DNA of 64,000 nt from a virus. How positions within the stretch are numbered: position 1 is the stretch's first letter; every line of letters begins with the position of its first letter. A model generated the notes under the pieces. It was not told the origin of the DNA. It did not search any database and worked only from the letters and a program-made list of their open reading frames with translations. Shown piece after piece: positions 57,998 through 64,000 of this stretch. The stretch covers positions 1-64,000 of IMG/VR virus record IMGVR_UViG_3300037883_000122. One strand, 5' to 3'. A program made the position numbers and the translations under genes.

Positions 57998-60900
57998 TTA
58001 GACCATTTTGCTCATCGACACCGGAGGCGTCGGCATGGACGTCGGGTTCTTGCGTTGCATAGCATCAGGCGAGGCACTGCCGCCAGTCGGTGCAGGTGTG
58101 TTGCTAGGCTTCTGGCCAGATTGGCCGACGCCCATCTTCACGAGCTGCTGCAAGGCTTGAAGCATGCCCTGCTGGACTGTCAACGATTGCTTCAGCACAT
58201 CGGTCACCGGACCCAGCGACTTGGCCAGGCTTTCGGCCTGGTAGTCCCCTTGTGCTGCCAGATCCTTGTTGCGAGTCTGGAAGCCTGTCACGGAAGCCGT
58301 TTGCGAGGCAATCGAATCTGGCTGTGCATTCACTGCAGCCGAGGCATCGCTCGAAGCCGAAGGTGTCGGGGTCGTGCCCTTGGTGGCCGGAGCCGGTCCA
58401 GGGGTTTGATCCGCTACCTTCATCATGCCACCACCGCTCGGCGCAGCACCACCAGCTGACGGAGCAGCACCCGGTGCACCCGTTGCATCAGCTTGCTGCG
58501 CAGCATTCGGATCAGGCTTACCACCCAATGCACCGCTGGCTGCCTGGGACAGGTACGTCTGGAATTTAGCTGCCCGGTCTTGCAAGCCGTTGTAGCCGCC
58601 ATTGATGGCCTTCGTGACTGCTGCCACGTCACCATTCTTAGCTGCCGCTGAGCTCACTCGACTCTTCCAGTACGCAATGGCAATCTTGGCCGCATTGACA
58701 GGATCACTTGCGAGGTCCGGGTTATTCACCAGGTCCAAGCCAGTCAGCTTGCCAAACTTGATGTAGTTGTCCTTACCGGTCAACTGCACCACACCGCGAC
58801 CACGATACTTCCAACCATCGCCCGGATCTTTGTTCCCCATGCGACCACCGTAAATCCGGTTAGCGATTGCTTCCGGACCTTCCGAGGCCACCTGTTGAGC
58901 ATCCTGAGCACCACTGAAGTGTCCCTTGAAGAGACTCATCAGCACCGATGGTCGATAGTTCAGATTTTCCGAGAGCGACTTGAAGCCACCGCTCTCATGG
59001 TCCATCTGCGCCATGAACATGGCCTGCTCCTTCGGGTCACTGATCCCGGCCGTCTTCATCGCAGTGATGAGGGCGTTCTTGATCGCACCTGCCGAAGCTG
59101 AGATCGTTGCACCGATCCGGCCTGCTGCTCCCTTGGCTGCGTTATAGCCCGACTTCAGGGCATCTCCCGCACCCGACACGACACTCCCCACGGCACTGCC
59201 GACTGCCACCCCGGCGTTGACAATCCCGTTGCCGACTGCCGAAGCTGCCGACTTGGTCGCATCCCAAGCTTTGCCTGCAAACGCCTTCGTAGCATCCCAC
59301 GCATTGGACACGCCAGACTTCAGCTTATCCAACCAGCTCGGTTGAGCTGCCGGTTGACCATCCTGACTCGTGTTCTTCGAGTCGTTGGCTGCAGAGGTCT
59401 TCTTTTGGAAGGCCGCCTGCTCAGGCAAAGCCGGGGCTTTCTGCGCTTGCTTCAGGCTCGCCATGTTGCCATCAGTCGACGCCGACTCCTTATTCAACTC
59501 GTAGTTTTCCCACGGTGAAGTCGGAATCTGCCAGACCGACGTTGCCATCCCGTACGCAGTCGTCGATGCACTGACGACTTGTTTAGCGGCGTTGAGCAGA
59601 TCGTCCGGTTTGATAGCCTTCATCGCACTGGTCGGATCTTGCTGGTTCGTCACCGAGCACACAGCAGACACGTAGGTCAGGTAGGTCGGCAAGAAACGCT
59701 TATGGAACCAGGCCATCCAATCGTACGCGCGGTTGCTCCGGTTGCCCGAGAAGCCAAACTGCGGTGCAATCTTGGCGGTCAGATCCGAGACATCGCCACC
59801 CCAGTCGGCTTTACCCTTGGAGACTTTGACGTCCTTTTGTACGAGCGTTTCCAGTTGACGCAAGGAATGGACCTTATCGGTATCCATGTCCTTAAGACCA
59901 TACGTCTTGAAACGAATGGCCTCCATCGCGCCCACTTGAGCGTTGTTCATCGCCGTGATGGCAGCGCCTACAGACGCACCAGCTGCAGCCAATCCACCGC
60001 CCCCAACCTTCGGCATCTGCGGCTGATTCGCCGTGGCTTGCTGGTTAAGCGCAGCAACGGCTGCCCCAGCTGCGGCACCGGCAGCTACCGCCGTACCTGC
60101 ACCCAACTTGGGACCCGTCGCATCCGCAGCCTTACTCAGTGCATCGGTCGGCTTCTTGTCCTTGTCGTCCTTGGCATCCTTATCGATCGACTTCTTTGCG
60201 TCATCAATCGCTGCCTTGACGTCATCCGGACCGGCTGAGAGCTTACCGCCCGGCACCGGTGAGACCATCACGTTGTACGGATCAGACGGCATCTGAATAC
60301 CGCTCAGGTACTTCTGCTTCTCCTGAGCATTCAGCTTGCTATCTACATCCCCCAACGACACGCCTTGCTTGATCCCGTTCAGGACCGTGAGGTGTGTGAT
60401 GAACACCGGTTTGAAGCGCTTCAGATACCACGTCGTAAACGCCGCCACCTGGTCCTGGTCGTGCAGATCCACGCCAAAGCTTTCGACTGCCTTCTTCAGA
60501 TCCACCTTCTTGGGGTCGATCTGTGCCATGCCGCCTTGGTAGACGACACCCGGCATCAGCGTGCTTTCCAGACCAAAGACTTTGCTTACGTAGTCGTTAT
60601 CGTCCGCCTTCCAGCCGTACTGCGCGTAACGGATCTTCGAGAGATCATCCAGCTTGTTACGCGTCAGAAACTTGTAGCCACCGTACAGAGCCGCAGCCCC
60701 TGCTGCCAGACCCAATGCAGGCAGGAGAACAGGTGAAGCAATGATCGCCCCAAGTCCAGAAAGGAGCGCCCCTCCTGCAGCCCCTGCAAGGCCCAGTGCT
60801 CCACCCTCAATACCGAGTAGACCAGCAGCCCCAGAAGCAACAGACCAGCCAGTTGCAGCGTCACCCGCATAATCCAGCCCCTTGCCAATCGTCGTGTGGC

Positions 60901-63900
60901 CCGTCGCGTTCGCAAGTGATCCTGCTGCACCGAGTGCCAAACCCGCACCCAGTCCCTTGCCCCACTTCAGACCGCCCAGCAACCGGCTCCCAATGCCTCG
61001 CTTTGCAGCGCCAGCCACTGCACCTTCTGCAGCTGCGGCACCCCCCTTGCCAAAGAGACGGCCCAGACCAGGTATCTTGCGCAGGTACTTACCGCCCGGA
61101 ATCTTCCCGAGGATGCGTTCCCCAATCGCCTGACCGACACCCGACTCGATGTCGTCCACGATCCCGCCCTTGCCATCACCTTCGTCATCCTTCTTTTTCT
61201 TCTTGCCAAAGAGACCCGAAAGCAGGCTGAGAATCCCGCCCCGCTTCTTGTCCCCCTGATCACCATCCTTGCTACCCTTACGGGCTTCGTCTTCGGCTTC
61301 CTTACGCGCCCGATGTTGATCTTCAATCGAGCCCTTACGGATGTTGTGCGGCTTGGGTAGGCGTTCCTTCAGCAGGTCACGAATCTCACCCACGGTGTCC
61401 ATCAGCTTCTTGCCACCACCGAAGAAGATTCCGTGACGACCAAACATGCCGGAGAGTCCCGAGAGGAAACCCTTGCCCAGACCGAAAGCATTGCCGACGC
61501 CTTGGTTGATGCCACCCGCCAACCACTTGAGTGCACCCACACCAGCGCCCGCAATCTTGCCCACACCCGACAGCAGTCGACTCACGCCCGTCTTCAGGGG
61601 GTCCCCGTTCTTGCTGTAGAGCCCCATCTTGAATTCGTCATCCGTGAGGACTTCGACACCCTTGTAATTGACAACTGCGCCGTCAATGTCCTTGGGGTTC
61701 TTGATAGGGTGATCATTCACAGCCGACTTGTAACCACCTGCGCGCATGGTGCGTGCATCGAGTGCTTTGCGAAGCTTCTTCGGATTGCTGGCGTCATGCA
61801 CATACACGTCTTGCGGACCGTTCATGTACGAAGTGGCAGCCTTGAGCACCATCCCGCCGACACCGGAGACCATCTTCCAGCCACGCGGCAACGCATTGAA
61901 TATACTGCCTCCAATGCCATTACCGATCTTCGCAGCAGTCTTGACGATCGCGCCCATCCCACGCAGAGCCTTCTTGCCCAAGCCTTCACGCACATAGGCA
62001 GTCGCGGCTTGCTCATCCGTCATGACGATGCCGGACTCATCAGCCACGGCGCCCTGAATGTCCTTCCACGTCTTGATCGGCTTGCCGGTCTTGACATCGA
62101 AGTACTCACCCGCTTTCAGGCGTTGACCGTAGAGCAGCACCTTACGACCGGTCCCTTCCGAGTACACGTCCTTAAAGCCACGCATCTTGTCAGCGGCTCG
62201 ACCGAGCTGCCCGCCAATCAGACCGGCACCGAAACGTGCGACACCAAACGACGAACGGATACCACCGCCCACGAGCCAGTTAGCGAATTGGCCGCTCTTA
62301 CGAGCTGCGCCCCACATCCCGCCACCGATGCCCTTTGCGGCATCCTTGATCGAACGGTTCCACCACCAGCCCTTACTCTTCTTGCCGTTGTCAACTGCGG
62401 CCGCCGGGATGTTGCCATCTGCGACATTACCGACCACCATCGTCGGCAGACCCTTTTCCATGCGCTCAGCCATCTCGTTGAGCTTATCCAGCATCTTCGA
62501 GAAAACAGACGGCTTTTGCTCCGGCGAGAACATCATGTCGGAGATATGCATGGTGTTGCGGTCGATGTGCATCGTATCGACGTGGATCGCACCCAGCATC
62601 TTTGCATTCAGGCTGTCGCCCACACCACCCTGACCCGACTTGCCACCCATGAACGGTTGCTTAGACGGACGAGCAGCGCTACGGCGCGGACCGCGACGCT
62701 GACGGGAGCCCTTCAGGCCCATCGGCTGGCCAGTGAAGGTGTGATGACCCGGCGCAGCCGGATTACCACCAGGGTTGTATTCGCTACCGTAGTAATACTC
62801 GAAGAACTTCTCGAGATTGACGCCGTCACCCTTCTCGTTCAGAATGCCCGACTCTTGCAGGAAGTCATTCATCCCCAGGTTGGAGAAGTCCTGCACCGAA
62901 TCACGCGAAGCCGATGCGTACTGACCCAGTGAGTTGTACGCATTGGCAAAGCTGTGCTTCTTGGACGAGTCGTGGTCGTTCCTGAAGTAGTCACGGAAGA
63001 GTTGCGAGAACTGACCCGCATGCTGCTGAGCATCCCCGTCGTAACGCTGCGTCTTGCCCAACACTTCCACACCACCCAGTCGACCCCGTACGTTATTACG
63101 CAGGAGCTGCTGACCCAAGATCCGACGCTGATCCGGTGAGAGGGTCTTCTTGCCATCCACCTCATCGAGCAGCTTCTCAACCTGATCCTTGGTCCACTCT
63201 TTCTGGTCCTTATCGACCAGCGAGCCAAAGGCATTCTTCTTCACGTTCGAATGCGTATCGAAACGATTCTTGGTGAAGTCGTAATGGACCATCTCCGTCT
63301 TGTGGTCACCCGTGCGGATGATCTGCAATTCCTGGAGCATCCGAGCCAGATAGCCCGGAATGATTTCGTTGAGAGTCTTCGCGCTTTGACGGCTGAAGTA
63401 CGACGGCTCGTTCATGCCCTGAACCGTGTCCTTCATCACGCCGGTTTGCAACTTGGAAGCGGAGCGAACGTTCGCCTTCAGGAAACGAATCAGTCCATCA
63501 CTCATACCGCCCGTTTCGTGCTTGTTCGAGCGGGCCCATTGATCCAGGATCTGCGGCAGATTCTCAGCCCCGTACTGAAGCTTGTTGCCCGTTTTCTTGA
63601 TACCGGGGATCTTGTCCAGATGCGGCTTGAGCTTGCCCGCGAGCCAATCCCCCAGTACTGAGGTACCGAGTGCCCCGCCAATCACGCCACCCGTATGGTA
63701 CGGGTCGGTCTTCATGCCCATGGCTTCAGCCAAGTCCATGTCGTCCAGACGTGCATTCACATCTTGCAGCGCACCGCGACCAAAGCCGACGGTGCTCTTC
63801 ACACGACCCACAGCCGTCTTCTTCAAATTCCCCATGAGGGTATTGAGAAAATCGTTGGAGCGACCAAAGATCGTGTTGCCAATCACCGAGCCGATCTGCT

Positions 63901-64000
63901 TCTTGGCCATGTCCTTAAACGTGTCCGAAGCACGGAGCTTGACTTGCTCCGGCAGGGCCGTGTTGTGGACGATGGCTGCAAGCGCCGCCTTCATTTCTGC
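57998..64000 (-). CDS. Tail tape-measure protein (phiKZ gp181-like) with GH19 lysozyme domain; 5' end beyond window
   Basis: At least 2000 aa and Gly/Ala-rich. AQMDHESGGF..ENLNY, GDGWKYRGRG.VQLTGK.NY and INGGYNGL.DR are GH19 motifs. The reading frame is open to the window edge. Confidence 0.85.
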   Translation of the reverse strand, partial: AEMKAALAAIVHNTALPEQVKLRASDTFKDMAKKQIGSVIGNTIFGRSNDFLNTLMGNLKKTAVGRVKSTVGFGRGALQDVNARLDDMDLAEAMGMKTDPYHTGGVIGGALGTSVLGDWLAGKLKPHLDKIPGIKKTGNKLQYGAENLPQILDQWARSNKHETGGMSDGLIRFLKANVRSASKLQTGVMKDTVQGMNEPSYFSRQSAKTLNEIIPGYLARMLQELQIIRTGDHKTEMVHYDFTKNRFDTHSNVKKNAFGSLVDKDQKEWTKDQVEKLLDEVDGKKTLSPDQRRILGQQLLRNNVRGRLGGVEVLGKTQRYDGDAQQHAGQFSQLFRDYFRNDHDSSKKHSFANAYNSLGQYASASRDSVQDFSNLGMNDFLQESGILNEKGDGVNLEKFFEYYYGSEYNPGGNPAAPGHHTFTGQPMGLKGSRQRRGPRRSAARPSKQPFMGGKSGQGGVGDSLNAKMLGAIHVDTMHIDRNTMHISDMMFSPEQKPSVFSKMLDKLNEMAERMEKGLPTMVVGNVADGNIPAAAVDNGKKSKGWWWNRSIKDAAKGIGGGMWGAARKSGQFANWLVGGGIRSSFGVARFGAGLIGGQLGRAADKMRGFKDVYSEGTGRKVLLYGQRLKAGEYFDVKTGKPIKTWKDIQGAVADESGIVMTDEQAATAYVREGLGKKALRGMGAIVKTAAKIGNGIGGSIFNALPRGWKMVSGVGGMVLKAATSYMNGPQDVYVHDASNPKKLRKALDARTMRAGGYKSAVNDHPIKNPKDIDGAVVNYKGVEVLTDDEFKMGLYSKNGDPLKTGVSRLLSGVGKIAGAGVGALKWLAGGINQGVGNAFGLGKGFLSGLSGMFGRHGIFFGGGKKLMDTVGEIRDLLKERLPKPHNIRKGSIEDQHRARKEAEDEARKGSKDGDQGDKKRGGILSLLSGLFGKKKKKDDEGDGKGGIVDDIESGVGQAIGERILGKIPGGKYLRKIPGLGRLFGKGGAAAAEGAVAGAAKRGIGSRLLGGLKWGKGLGAGLALGAAGSLANATGHTTIGKGLDYAGDAATGWSVASGAAGLLGIEGGALGLAGAAGGALLSGLGAIIASPVLLPALGLAAGAAALYGGYKFLTRNKLDDLSKIRYAQYGWKADDNDYVSKVFGLESTLMPGVVYQGGMAQIDPKKVDLKKAVESFGVDLHDQDQVAAFTTWYLKRFKPVFITHLTVLNGIKQGVSLGDVDSKLNAQEKQKYLSGIQMPSDPYNVMVSPVPGGKLSAGPDDVKAAIDDAKKSIDKDAKDDKDKKPTDALSKAADATGPKLGAGTAVAAGAAAGAAVAALNQQATANQPQMPKVGGGGLAAAGASVGAAITAMNNAQVGAMEAIRFKTYGLKDMDTDKVHSLRQLETLVQKDVKVSKGKADWGGDVSDLTAKIAPQFGFSGNRSNRAYDWMAWFHKRFLPTYLTYVSAVCSVTNQQDPTSAMKAIKPDDLLNAAKQVVSASTTAYGMATSVWQIPTSPWENYELNKESASTDGNMASLKQAQKAPALPEQAAFQKKTSAANDSKNTSQDGQPAAQPSWLDKLKSGVSNAWDATKAFAGKAWDATKSAASAVGNGIVNAGVAVGSAVGSVVSGAGDALKSGYNAAKGAAGRIGATISASAGAIKNALITAMKTAGISDPKEQAMFMAQMDHESGGFKSLSENLNYRPSVLMSLFKGHFSGAQDAQQVASEGPEAIANRIYGGRMGNKDPGDGWKYRGRGVVQLTGKDNYIKFGKLTGLDLVNNPDLASDPVNAAKIAIAYWKSRVSSAAAKNGDVAAVTKAINGGYNGLQDRAAKFQTYLSQAASGALGGKPDPNAAQQADATGAPGAAPSAGGAAPSGGGMMKVADQTPGPAPATKGTTPTPSASSDASAAVNAQPDSIASQTASVTGFQTRNKDLAAQGDYQAESLAKSLGPVTDVLKQSLTVQQGMLQALQQLVKMGVGQSGQKPSNTPAPTGGSASPDAMQRKNPTSMPTPPVSMSKMV

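Overview
The window is a 64 kb segment of a phiKZ-like, nucleus-forming-type (Chimalliviridae-like) jumbo phage genome with roughly 55-60% GC. The conserved core is recognisable from motifs and gene order: SF2 helicase (partial), DnaB-like helicase, major capsid protein, non-virion and virion RNA polymerase subunits, portal, RuvC, spanin-like pairs, tail fibres, SbcC, baseplate spike, RNase H, UvsX/RecA, and a partial tape-measure protein with a GH19 lysozyme domain. phiKZ gp numbers are recalled homologies, not search results. The most unusual part is an accessory island at about 12.2-18.4 kb between the nvRNAP operon and the portal. It holds (i) a stand-alone, diverged copy of the internal region (residues ~235-445) of the phage's own major capsid protein fused to a second duplicated domain, (ii) five small paralogs that align, four of them gaplessly, to a P-loop module whose Walker A is intact only in a sixth, larger gene, and (iii) that larger gene, which also carries segments resembling Phd/YefM and DUF1778 (TacA/AtaR) antitoxins. 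I infer a possible decoy or counter-defence island; this is untested. About 15 intergenic hairpins share a TATG(C/A)C foot, suggesting a phage-specific termination or processing signal, and two ACATATATTACYAACT early-promoter motifs are present. I saw no tRNA, rRNA, CRISPR array or intact mobile element.
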